A DNA stretch of 59,511 nucleotides, filler included, from Sphacelaria rigidula (Eukaryota), in NCBI GenBank assembly GCA_964200075.2. It is 5 parts of 5 records of this genome, joined end to end, with 100 filler letters (N's around TTAATTAATTAA, not from the genome) between each part and the next. Parts side by side here need not be neighbours in the genome. Positions count along the whole stretch, not along the records: positions 23,847 to 35,668 come from CAXNAA020004457.1; positions 35,769 to 47,590 come from CAXNAA020004458.1; 3 more parts are not named here. One strand, given 5' to 3'. Under the pieces are notes generated by a model. The model saw only the letters and a list, made by a program, of their open reading frames with translations, was not told the origin of the DNA and did not search any database. The translations under genes and the position numbers were made by a program. This document shows, one piece after another, positions 23,891-36,160 of the stretch; within the stretch, counting starts at the first letter, position 1, and each line of letters opens with the position of its first letter.

Positions 23891-26576
23891 AAAAGCTCAT
23901 AGATGAACATCAGACCATCATGACAGCTGATGATATAAAGCCAGTACCGCCAAGACCCATCGATCTCAGAAGCGCGGACGCGGTTCCCCCATGAAAAATC
24001 CTGGGGTTCATTCATTTCGAGCTTACGTTGGGATAAAAACCCTGCCAACAGGAACGTTTGTACTACCTCATCTGGGACCGGATTGTCGACTACTAGACAA
24101 CTTCATGGTGAGTGCTTTCAAAGCTATACTCTATACTCGACTGGCAGACGGAAGAACGAACATTCCGTTGTTCCCGTATTAAGATCAAAGCATCGCATCG
24201 AAAACAGCAAGGCTCACAAAATACAACACACCGAAACAACACACTGTTTTATAGTCGGTGTGAAAGATTCTAGCCCGGTTCGAGTTCCTCACAACAAATG
24301 CAGTGTGCCACTACAAAGTGAAATGACAGTACTAGTTGAAACGGGAAATACCCCGTGAACAACAACAGCAGCTGTCGTGGAGCCGCTCATAATAACAGAG
24401 GAAGACACTTGATCATCTGATGTACCTAAAGCACTCACGCGCATCATTGCTTCAAGAACAGCAGGCACGTAGTCGACGAATAAAACGGAATGGTACAAAT
24501 CGCCAACCGGTCGAGTCCACATGTAAGTCATGTGGAAAAGTTATGATAATGATGAGAGACAAGAACGGAGAAACTTCATGTTATTCCGCACATGCGCACG
24601 CTATGTCAGGGTTGCCTACGCCGGGAAAACGGTCCACAACCGGCCAAAATTTGCCGATGGGACACGTTACGGTAGGATGGCTATACAAAAGAGCGCCGGA
24701 AAACCCAGTCGAATGAAAAACAACTTCGATGTCAAAAGCTGGAGTACTAAATATGTACTGTCCGTATTGGACCACCTCGCAAGGTATGCTTTGCTCATTC
24801 CGGTGCCGAAAAAACAGACCACATCAATATAGCCGAAACTATAATTGACAGAGTCTTTACTGCATTTGGCATCCCGGGATAAAATCTTTCCCGGTGTTCA
24901 AACACAGTCAAAATGTACTCTCGTACCCACCATACCAGGACTCAGGAAGGCCGAAACCGAAACTCCAATTTACATGGAGAGGACCTTTTATGGTAACCGA
25001 GAGACGATCGCCGGTTGTGCACATAATAAAAATAGGCGACGACTCTAAAGAAATGTCAGTACATCCCGCTCACATGAAGGAATATCACCCACGGAAAACA
25101 CCACCCGCATCAGATGTCGATAAATCGAGCGAGTTGTTCCTAGACAAACAGATACCTCTACCAGAGAGACCAAGCACACGAAACGTTGCCTACAATATAA
25201 CGTTACGCTGCCAAAAAAGTGGTAGGTCACGCGCCAGACCCAGGTCGGAGAAGTCGTTACAACGATCAATATCTGTTGAGACTCCAGGGCTACAGGCCAG
25301 CGGCTGACCTGACCTACCGTAGAATTGCTCAGCACCGGACTCGGAATCCAAAGGTACAGGGAAACGGGAATGGATGTGACTGTTTCACAGACTGTTTGAG
25401 CGTCCTAGCAAAACGCTCAAGGGTTGAGGAGTAACCTGAGGTCAACATTCGGAGATTAATGAGACTCAAAAGATACAGCCCAGCAGCTGACCTAACCTAT
25501 CGAGCTGACGAAACATCACAAAGTAGATACATCCTCGATATATACCGTCATGACATCGGGTTAGCAAAGCGCTCACATCCGAAGTCGAAATCCGAAAATA
25601 CCAGGTAACGGAAACGGATGTGATTGTTCAACAGACTGTTCGAGCGTCCTAGCAAAACGCTCAACGGTTGAGCAGTAGCCCGGGATCACAATTCGGAGGT
25701 CAAGGAGAGTCACAAGAGAAGAAAACGAAAAACGACGTTAGAACATTGCAGACATGAACGGAAAAATATCTGATATGTCAACGGTCTGGGGTGCAACTTC
25801 TCAAGGAAGATAACCTCTCAGCAATCGGGGTAGTGCTGATCATTTTGACGATGTTTAGACAAAAAAGCACAATGCTCACAGGCCGAAAACATCGTATCCA
25901 CCGCTTTGTTACTGACACGAGGACTTTGTACTATTTCGGTGTCAGCGGAACCGAAGGTATCCCAGAACCCGGACATGAGAAACCCAGGCGCCCGTGAACC
26001 GGTCAATGTCCCAGTGCCCAGGCACGTAGAAACAGCAGATGCATCCAGCACCAAAATGCAATGCATCTTGTGGATTATCACATGGGACACATGTATATGC
26101 CACAAAATGATATGAAGCCAAAAACATGTCGATGTTTCACCGAAGAGCACAACGCTCGCAAGATAAACATTAGACCCACCGCTTTGGTACTAACGCGAGG
26201 ACATAGTCCTATACTCCGGTGTCAGTGAACCGAAGGTATCCCAGAACCCGGGCAGGAATAATCCAGGCGCCCGTGGACCGATCAGTGTTCCAGTGCCGAG
26301 TCATGTCACATATGACAGCTACATGACAGAAACAAATATTAGAGGGTTTGGAATAGATGCACTGTTACTGACCAAAGGTAGCTGAGATTTACTGGGGGTG
26401 TTTAGTCAATACCACAGTATAGAGAAGGGCTACCTTTGCGATTAGTGGTGGCGTGACTCAATCAATGATTGTCACTCAAAGAAACCTCCATGATTATATC
26501 ATCAGCGAAGCTGATGACCGCCTCGTCCCACCAGCCATAGCCTCGATGGGCTAGAGGCGCATAAAGGGGGGGAATA
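23891..26576 (+). pseudogene. Decayed, internally deleted Ty3/Gypsy pol (protease, integrase pieces, chromodomain-like end) plus 3' region
   Basis: Fragments IDLRSAD..ILGFIHFELTLG..HLGPDCRLLDN (matches 58100-58330), KYVLSVLDHLARYALLIPVP, PKLQFTWRGPFMV and YLLRLQGYRPAADLTY; many stops and frameshifts; no RT seen; PPT AAAGGGGGGGAA at ~26563-26574. Confidence 0.85.
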
Positions 26577-27721
26577 TGTGGAGGATACCTCTTTGCAGTG
26601 ACATATCAGAGACCGATGCCACACATTTTGCAGACCCAGCGCAAGCAGGGTCAAGGTAGGAACGTTCCGGAAGGATCAGATTACCGAGGACCCTGTAATG
26701 CCGACGTAGCTAGACAACTTGGGGTGATGCCAGGAAGAGCCTAATATAGGACGGTCCAACATCCCCCAAGGTCTGGGTCGCCCCTGGCGCCCACTTCTCG
26801 TCTGACCCCACTTCTTTCCTACATATAAACAAGAGGAAATCATCACCAGCCTCGGAGTTCCTTCGGCATCAGGACGGCAGTGTCCCCCCGTAGGTCTATG
26901 ACTACTCTAGCGATACGCCTTCCTTACATATATAGCATTTAAACTTGCTTCTGCACCATCACGCGGCGAAACAGCATCATACTCCTAGAGGAAAAAGAAC
27001 ACGATACATGCTGGGATCACAACACTCCCCTTTTCTATACCATGGGCGCGGTTTCGGCCCAGGAATTCTCATTCATCGCACGATAGACCACAACAGCCCC
27101 GCCGCCGACCATACCGAGGTTGGACTTCGCCCACGAAGCATGGCTTGCAATAGCTACGTCCATGGGGTGCAACTTTAATGATGTATCAACTAGCGCTAGG
27201 CATCGTTGGACGAGGTCTTGCGATAGCGTATCACCACCGCCTTTACCCCTGGCGGCCCATCCAAGAAGTAGAAGACCGGAGCTCTGGATTGATCGGACCT
27301 GGCATAAAATAAGAAGGTCGACGGAGATATTTTCGCCATCACGTTGTCGAAGTCCAACATGCAGAGCGGATACGTCGTGACGACGGCGGTACAACAAAGC
27401 GAACGCTTTCCACGACGAGAAACAATAACGCGGAGAATCTCCAGCAGTAATATGGAGCGTTAATATTTTACAGCACTAGGAAACAAACAGTATATATATA
27501 TGCATATGTATAGCTTGAAGGAACGAAGAGTCTGAGTCGGCAAGCCGCGACGTGCACGACTACTACCTTCGTTTCGAGGGACGTTCGATGCTGACGACAC
27601 CCTCTCTCGCCTCCTACCAACGTACACCATTATTTTCTCGAACAACACCTCTACTTCCCCAAACAACACCGCGGTCTCGTGCTGCATGGCATGCACTACG
27701 GACTTCACCACCATACCACCG
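26577..27721 (+). mobile_element. Probable 3' LTR of the Gypsy remnant
   Basis: Starts TGTGGAGG immediately after the polypurine tract; non-coding with TATA-like motifs; 3' boundary approximate. Confidence 0.55.
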
Positions 27722-27964
27722 GAGTGATGGAATGCACAAATATTTTCTGAGGTTAGAATTCTTAGGAGCCCTAGATCTCATCCAAAACACGACTTACGAA
27801 AATATGTGAGAGTACGCCAGGATTACTGTTCCAATGTGCTGGGGATATCCCGACTGAATTTGCAAACGGGGATGTCCTGACCCACATTTTTGTGCATCTA
27901 GGATCATTAGGAGCCCCTGAACCAGACAAGATTTAAAAAGTGCACCCCTACCGTACCATTGCTC
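27722..27964 (+). mobile_element. Sola2-like MITE, copy 2 (left TIR partly deleted)
   Basis: GAGTGATG..GTGCACCCCTACCGTACCATTGCTC; flanks ACCG/ACCA; interior matches 3133-3389. Confidence 0.88.
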
Positions 27965-28023
27965 ACCAGGTACATGAGAATCGTACTTCAGGCGTCACGC
28001 CATCCGGCACAGCGTGTACGTAC

Positions 28024-31000
28024 CTGAGAAAATGACGCCATCGTACGGGCAATAACGTTTGCCACCTCTTCAGCCAGCGAAACGCGGGGTATTCCTCCTC
28101 CTCTGTTAAACTCGGCCAAAAGCTGATGACAACCAGCTTCTTGAACAAGGAGCGCCGATGGGTACCGCTTCATTCGAGCTAGAACTAGCCTCGCCCCACC
28201 AGCACTGAGGGTGGAGAAGATTGCACGCGGGCGTTCGGCAGAGGCGCGGAGACCCGTCAAGACGTTTACAGGGGGTGAACTTCACGTAACGTACGCCTTG
28301 CGCCGAGAATAGTTTCGTCAGAGAACGGTGCCGAAGCCCTCTTCTATCCAGGAAAGTTATTGAGCACCTGTTTGCCCACACCTGAGAGACACGATGTGCT
28401 TTTCGGTACGTTGTTGCTACATGCTCACAAGGTCTCAACTAGATTCCACGTCGAGAAAACATCGACGGTGAACCCGTTGCCCGCGAGAGCACGACACTCG
28501 ACGGATTGCATCCAGTACCCCGCAGGAACATTCCGTAGGCCACTCTTCTCACCGCTCAAGGGCACGCATCACAGTGCTCGCGGTGTCCGGCACCGTTGCG
28601 TCCCGAAGCCACGGAATTGTCGTAATCGTCTCGCTCGCCTCGCTGTACTCCCCCCAACCCCCATTATTAAACGCACGCACCCTATACCGCAGACCCAGTC
28701 CGGGTACCCGATGCGCAATGTTCACAGGCTTCGCCTTGATTTTGGGATACCACGGCGGGAAAACAGGCATCCACTGCGAGTTGTTCCTCAAAACCCCCAG
28801 AGATTGCACCTCGTACACCAGGGGCGGCGCACCGTCGTAGCGGGGATCTTCCCACGCCAACCGCACCGCGGTGCGGGTGACGTTTACTGCCACCGGCGCC
28901 AGAGGCTCGGGTGGGGGGCTTGGTGCGGCGCATGCCGTTGCCCTCGCGATCGTATATATATCCGGGCCTACAAGCACAGGCATCTGGGCTCGACCATGGC
29001 GCATTAATTTTTGAGGTTGGTAGCCGAAACCGTAACGTGAAACGACGCCGGGACCAAGGTAAGGGCGGTGAGGGTGAGGTCGCGTCTACGCGACGAGGTA
29101 TACAGGCGACGAGACTGACAAGTGCGCGGATGTATTTGAGCCGCCGGAACAAAGTCGGGGGGGGTGATGCCGCGGTAGCCCGTCCTTGGGAAGTGTAACG
29201 GGGACCGAGGCAAAATCTACATGTGAGGCGTTTTGATCCGGTTTCTGAAATCAGCTGTATCTGCACTCTTGAAACTCAATTCTCAGACCTGGTTTCTAAA
29301 ACCAGCTATATGGGTTTTTCATAGTAATTTATAAGACGTGGTTTCTGAAATCACCCATCATGTTGATGCGCTGTACGGCTATTTCTTCGTTACAGTTTTT
29401 TTACATTGCGAGGGGGGGGATGGGGGGGGTGTCTCATTTTGCCCTTGCGGGGGGTCTGTGGGGACATACACGAACATACGCCGCGAGAGCTTAGAGCCAC
29501 CACCAGAGCTTCCTCCCGCGTAGAGCAAAGGTCTCGATACATCGAGAGCGCGTCGTCAAACGGGAAACAACAAAATGTGGAATGATAAGCAGGTCACGCA
29601 ATACTTGATGACCGCAATGGTGTAGTTTCTCGCCTGCGTCCTTTGAAGTTTCGCTCTTTCCTGCTCTCTAATTCGCGCCGCCTCCTTCTCTTCGCGAGCT
29701 TTCTCTGCACGGGCTTTGGCTCCAAGCTTAGCCCGGCTCTCTCTTTCCTTCTTTGCGGCTTCCCTCCTGTCTACCTCGTTCAATTCCGGCCCCGGCTCTG
29801 CCGAGCCTTCCCTCGGTTGTTCAAACTTCTGAAACTCTCGACGGAGGAAGGTGTACAAATCTGCGATCAAAACGCGATCTTGGTGACCTTCTTTGATACA
29901 CTCGCCGCTGAGAGCATTCCTGAGCACTCTGCCGAACATGCTCATCTTCTCCTCGTAGATCGCTACGTCGAACATGGGAGCGCATGCCTTATTCAGTCCG
30001 TAAATCGAATCACTCCCTCTCTGGGTCGACAGCAGCGCACGCGGTTTGCGGTTTCCGATGATGTTACCGACTCCGCCGCCACTACCATCGCCAACGTCAC
30101 CCCGGGGTCCACGAGCGGAACGCGAGGCAGCTTTATCGACCGTTTTGCCGCTCCCATCCGCCTCTCCTTCTCCGGTCCGTCCGCCACTTTTGTTTCGGCG
30201 ACCGTGGTCGTCGTTTTTTTCGTATCGTCGTTGAAAGCTATCCACGAGGCTATTGCCATTTTTGGAGGCACCGCTGCTGCCGGCCCTGCGGTTGTCACTT
30301 CTACTACTGGTGTTTGTTCCGCTGTCACTGACACCGCTGCTACTGTCTCCTCCCCTGGAACTACCACTGTTGCTGCTATCGCCGTCACTATCACTGTCGC
30401 TGCTTTGGCTGACGCTGCTGTCATCCTCTATATCACTGGAGCCATCGGCTCTGTTTACTTCTTTTCGTTTTTCACCAACATCCCACGCAGCTGCCGCTTC
30501 TTTCCGAAGGATACCCAGGTCAACTTCGCGGGTCCCGCCGACTCGACAAGAGCCAATGATCACCGCGCCACAGAGTTGGGCGGAACGGCTGTAAAAATCC
30601 TTTGGGGGGTACAGGTGACGTGTTTTGAAACCTCCGTGCTCCTTTTCTGTATGCACTACGTCGAACACCACCACCTTGTGCCGGATCTGCGTGAACATTC
30701 GAGGAACCCATTACAGCGCCCAAACAGAGGGGAACATACGCGGCTACTCAGAGGAGAGGACGTGCTCCTACGGCGATATAACCGGAAGTGAAGACACATG
30801 ATGAGCTATACCGCTGTACGTGCCGGTCTTTCTGCCAACCTACGGTGGTGCCATGTATGCTGGCCGGCAAAAGTTGAAAAGCAGCTCGAGCCTAATGCAA
30901 CTTGGGAGGGTTTTGAGTTTTTATCCCGTCATGGTGCAGATACCGCCTACTGGTGGAGGGGTAGATTAGCATAATGTCTGTAGCGGACGCATCACCTTTC

Positions 31001-31115
31001 CACATCGGCAACACCGAGGTAGCTGTGTATGCCTGATGGGCAGAAGGTACGAAGTTAAATTCCGTCTCTATCACCACCGTGACAACTGAAAAAAAACTCC
31101 GAAGTGAAGCAGGTG

Positions 31116-31152
<37 letters not shown>

Positions 31153-33776
31153 CCAAAATGGTGGGAAAGTCTGCAAGCAGAGTCCACGAACTCACGAATA
31201 AGTCTTCTGCGTCGACTGTTAGCTAGGGCACCCAACACACGCAACTATGTGAAAAAAGGTGCACCAGTATCCTCAACGCTAGTGGAGGAAAAACGGGTAC
31301 CTCTTCAAACCTCATCTCATGAAAAGGTGGGCTCGAAGAGACTCATAAACGGGGCGGGGTGATGTGAATACCACCCTCTGTAAAAGGGGAAAATGACCAC
31401 AGTTGTCAATCGAGGATGTATCGCCTTCTCGCAGATGATTTCAACCCACTACTCCACCCAAACTCGCCCACGATCTAGTATCACGATCAAAGAAAAAAAA
31501 ACTTGAAATACCCACTGAGTCCATGCACACCTGGATATCAGCGATGGTCGAGGCTAGGGTTTCGAGTCGGAGCGCCGAATGGGCGAGCGCCTCCTTGCTA
31601 GTCCACTTGGTATCAGACGCCACGAGGTAGGTTCCCGCGATCGTTTTTCCCTTGCTGATCTCCGCCACGTGCGTGCACAGATACACAAACAGCAAGGCCT
31701 CTTGCGGATCGAAGGCCTCCTTCTCGTCATCATTGACGCTCTCATCTACCTCGAAGCCATCTATTGCGTCTTCATCGCGTCTGCGCTGCCGGGCCTTGGC
31801 TGCCTCCTCTGTCTCGTGTTGTACTCTGGCCATGGTCGTGGAGACCTTTCGCGACAATTTTTGGTGTGATCGTTAAATCTCCGGCTGCGAAGTGCGCATG
31901 GCACGTTCACTGCAAGATATACTTTTTTCACGCGAAACTCGAGTCCCGAACGTTTGAGCTGGAATAAGTTGACACGGCTGTGAACAAAGACGCGGTCGAC
32001 GGTGAGTTCTGCGGTGGGACAATACAATCCGCTGACAGAAAAAAGCTCTCCACGAAAGACCACCACAAAGACATACCGTACTGAGCCATCCAGCAGGCCT
32101 CTCATCTGCTCGCAACGCGTCTTGAAATGGATACTACCCTTTGCTCCAAGTGTCTGTAGAGAACAGGTCACCTCCTCGCGTTGATCGGTAAACCAAGTTT
32201 AGGTGAGAGAGCTATATAAATATAGATCATATTATAACTTGCTGGGTTCAATTTGGCAATGCGCCAACCGCTCAAGGCTTGTTACACGAGGAGCACAAAC
32301 TATGGATGAAATTGTGATACTACATATCGCCGCACGTAGAACCTAAATCAAGCGTGCAATCAATTATGCATGCATGCGACCGTACACATGCCGACGACCG
32401 GGTCAAGCTACAGGTTCCTCGAAAACAATATCAAAAGCCTGGAGACGTCCGCAGCGAAGGTCTTCGCAACCTCAGCGGAACGACCTCAGTGCAGTGTGCT
32501 CATGTGAAGCAATGGATCGCCCGAGTACGCAAGACCAGCTTTCAGTCATGTTCCAACCGTACTGCAAGTAAGCCTGCGAACGTACGTAACCGATGATACG
32601 GCACCAACGGTCGGCCTGACACTCAAGACCTCTCCTGGACCTTCAGCACTGTTATACTTGATGCATCCTCACCTGTGCCGCGACCGACACCAAGCTGGCC
32701 TGGAGTACTTCCAATGACCCGTCCTTCACGAAAAAACAGTTTTCTGGGGACATCGAACCGTGGGAAAAGAGACGGACGTCACCGCTGCCATAGCAAGAGT
32801 TTGGATATTTTCAGCGTGTAAGCACGGGAAGACAACCGTACACGTGCGGCGATTATTCTTCGAGTTGTCGGCTCTCGACACCAGCAGTGATCGATCGATT
32901 GACTGTCGCTCATTGACCGTTCCCGTAAGAGTTCAGCCGTGGGTCAAAGGATAGACGTATCCAAGGCAAAAAAATGGGAAGCACTCGTTCAAGGAAAATC
33001 CGAGGAAGGAGAACGATGGAGAGGAGAGAGACAGAGACAGAGACAGAGACAGAGGACAAACATTATCGTGAACTGCAAACGGGAAAATATACGAGAAAAA
33101 AACAAAAGGCAGGCTCTTACCAAACCATTACACAGCGGGAGGCCGTACACGGAACAGAGCAACCAAGGTCGTGGAAACAGGTTGCGGCTCAGACATCTGG
33201 ACCGTTTTCGTTTGCATGTTTGACGTTTTTTTTCCGTGCCGATGAGAGGCACTGCTTTCAACCGACTGACCTCATTTTTTCTTGTTGTTGTCGCTCATCG
33301 CGCGTACACATGTGCGAATACTTCTGGCAGCTCAAACCCCCGTCAAGACAAGCAAGGAAGATTGTTATGTTGACTTGCGATAGGACACGGATCGGGTGCA
33401 GCGTGTTCCCGCCCAAAAACGGATAAGGTGCGTCCGATGGAGGGGCTTGGGTTGAATGCACCATGTGCATCCATTTTTTGCCCACAGTTCCATGTGACCA
33501 GGGCTGGATCCCTGGGGGACCAACTAAAGTACGACAATCAATCGAATCAACCAATGATAAGTTCCACGTCTCTCGAGGTCACACCTTTTGGCTGAGTTAA
33601 CTTTATGTACGGTACATAACAGTTACTACAGGAACTCAGTCTCTCCACGAAACACAAAGATTCCAGCTTTTTTAACCCGTAGTGCCCCTGTGTCTCTCCC
33701 CTAGCTCACCCGACTCGAACTTCGAAAAGTACGGATGCTGGAGGGTGTCGCGAAGCATATCGTGGTCCGCATCCAC
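28024..33776 (-). CDS. Caspase-like (peptidase C14 fold, Cys-less) + fibronectin type III + ARM-like protein, partial. Exons 33776-33710, one unresolved exon, 32784-32673, 31845-31531, 30686-29634 (GC donor), 28983-28553, 28204-28024
   Basis: Motifs in order: DADHDMLRDTLQHP, PENCFFVKDGS, LLFVYLCTHV, GTYLVASDT, KVVVFDVVH, GAVIIGSC, SMFGRVLRNALSG..VLIADLYTFL, TQMP; then FN3 PPEP..VRLAWEDPRYDG..YEV..YRVRAFNNGGWGEYSEAS; then MKRYP..VQEAGC. The four junctions from 32673 down are phase-consistent; the 33710-to-32784 join needs an intervening exon. Confidence 0.85.
31117..31153. repeat. (AAC)n microsatellite, intronic
   Basis: Directly visible. Confidence 0.9.
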
Positions 33777-34104
33777 CTGTCACGCGAGAAATGGAGTACG
33801 GCAATACTCGTGCTTGTTGCTACGTGTGGGGAACAGAATACATGTTCGGCGATAGGTCATAGACACCGTGGCGTGCGGTGTTGGGCTGCCGTGTCCTGGG
33901 GTTGCGTATTGTCTTCGAACTTGACACCAGGGCTGCGATTTAGACCGCTAGCTATTGCCTGTCTGTTGAAGCATGTGGATATGCGTTCAATGCGCGGTGC
34001 CGCGCTCACGTATACCGTTTCCGCAAATTCAAGAACAAAAGGACTCTGTTTGTGTTCTCCGAAGCATTAACAAACGAGGGGAGGGGGGGGTAGGTGTGTA
34101 CTGA

Positions 34105-34460
34105 TGATATTACGGGGGGAAGGGTGGGGGCGGGGGTACTCATTTGTTGTTTGCCTTAGTCGTTTGACCATTGACCACGCACCCCTTTCGAGACGGAGCA
34201 CCCTTTCTACTCCTACCAGAGACGCATCCAATATTCCGGCGCTCATCACGTTTCTTCCATACACTACACGAATAACCTTTCACGTATCTTATCCCCCGTC
34301 CTGTTTTGCCGTCTCTGGCCACCATCTATTTCCTCGTATAGCCATCGTTTTCTACCTACTGACAAATGCATCAAACGATTTCATGCCGTCTTTGTTCACG
34401 TCCCGCATTTTCCCCTCCAGCACGTCCCGTTCCTCCTTTTATAGCTCACATTCTGCCACT
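34105..34460 (+). mobile_element. Partial copy of the 672-bp Sola2-like MITE family
   Basis: TCGTTTGACCATTGACCACGC..TTTCGAGACGGAGCACC..TAATGCATCAAACGATT..CACATTCTGCCACT shared with 37162-37520. Confidence 0.8.
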
Positions 34461-34920
34461 ATTGTGGGTGCTGTTATATACTGCTTTGAAGAATCACGGG
34501 GGGGGGGGGGGACTTGAGTGTCATGATCCTGCACGCAGTTTTAGCAGCGTTTAAATTTATTTGAGTTGGTATATTTTGATTTATGAGCAGCGTTCGAATT
34601 TGGTGATGTGGTGTATTTTGATGCTGTGACCAATTAGCTTGGCGCTGATCCCTCTTGCGTGCAGAACTGGGGGAAGGTTGATTTTTGATCATACACTCGG
34701 AAATAATGTTGCGGTAGTGGGGCTGTTGAACATTCAGTCGAGAGTGTTTTGATGTTCAAGCAACAACAAGATTATAGAAAGTGAACATTGGGGAAGGTTT
34801 TGCTTCGCGTTTCCACACGTTAAGCTTTTACTTCGCCATGTACTGTTTTGCTTCTCCGTGATGTGTTCATTGAAGGATGGGGGTTATGACCTATTTTGAT
34901 GAGTCATCTTCCACGCTTAA

Positions 34921-35018
34921 ACCTTAGACCGCGAGGTTAGTCTTCTGTTGAATCGGCATCAATTTCAAGTTATAAAAAATATGCATGATCCAGAAAGACT
35001 AATCTCGCGGTCTAAGGG
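34921..35018. mobile_element. 98-bp piggyBac-like mini-MITE or hairpin
   Basis: TIR (A/C)CCTTAGACCGCGAG(G/A)TTAGTCTT flanked by TTAA and TCAA. Confidence 0.65.
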
Positions 35019-35668
35019 TCAAGTGCTTCCGAAATGTTGTAATAATTGGTCAATATAGTTGAAGCACGATATTTGTCTGCGGATCCTGTCTTGAAGTATT
35101 GCCGCATTCCCCAGGAAAAGAATTCTGGTATACCTACATATTATGAGCACATAACCACAAGGATGCGCGTATGGCAGAACTATTTTTCTGGTGGAGTGTT
35201 GTTTCCGAGTTGAGAATATTTTCCCCAGGAGAATATTGTATTCGGCGCGGATTAAAAAGTTATTGAGATGAAGTAAGATTTCATTAAATACTTTCTTGAG
35301 GGGGCTGATTGTTTCTGAATTTATTTTGCTTTTTTTTTTTTTTTTAATATCTTTCAGGAAATGTTTGGCATTGAGAGGTTTGGGAGATTCAAGATCGATA
35401 CAGAAAGGAGGAAATTAAGGTTTGCTCGAGTGTTCTTTATTCTTGATAATTCTGAGATGATCAATCAATTAATCACCTATGTGACTTCTGCTCTCTACTG
35501 CTGTGCCACAGGGGCAATTCTGTACATCTACCTCCTCCTCCTCTCGATGACTGGTGAAAATCGCAGTTTCAGATTTTTCGAAGGGAGGGGGAGGGGGGGG
35601 GGGGGGGGGGGGCTTTTTTATTTGAAGGGGGGGGGGGGGGGGAGGGGGGAGAGATGGGTGGGGGGGCG

Positions 35669-35768
35669 NNNNNNNNNNNNNNNNNNNNNNNNNNNNNNNN
35701 NNNNNNNNNNNNTTAATTAATTAANNNNNNNNNNNNNNNNNNNNNNNNNNNNNNNNNNNNNNNNNNNN
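35669..35768. other. Artificial contig linker
   Basis: N44-TTAATTAATTAA-N44. Confidence 0.98.
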
Positions 35769-36160
35769 CCCCCCCTCCCTCCCCCCGTGTCTAGTTAATA
35801 TCAATTTGCCTCGGCGAAGCAGCGTCTGGTACCACCGAAACATTGACTCATGTGCCGGGAAAAAAAACACAACGAGTCCGTTGCTCTCTGACTGGGTATC
35901 TCCAAATCGGCAAAGCAGGGGGAGGGGGGTGAAGGGGCCGCGCATGTTACCGTATTGTTTTCCACCAAATTGCAGTTGAACTGACTTTTTATCGAGAGAA
36001 AACATGCATGGACGATGCCTGGACTAGGATAATCCATATTTGGCTCAAACAATTGCGGTGTGTGTATGTGCATGTGTGTGTCGGGGGGTACTCCTGATTA
36101 TGGGCGGCGGGGGATGTCTTCTAGGAAAAACGTTGCAAGCCTCGTTGAAGCAGTCAGTAC

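Noticed and set aside
26495-26565. Hammerhead ribozyme at CTGATGA before the PPT
   Set aside because: CTGATGA is paired in the hairpin TCATCAGC-GAA-GCTGATGA and no GAAA core follows; other CTGATGA sites also failed.
29240-29356. CRISPR-like array (GGTTTCTGAAATCAGC x3, ~50-bp spacing)
   Set aside because: Three short degenerate copies in a eukaryotic intron, with no cas genes.
29643-30791. 382-aa plus-strand ORF
   Set aside because: Antisense shadow of the caspase-like exon; no motifs of its own.
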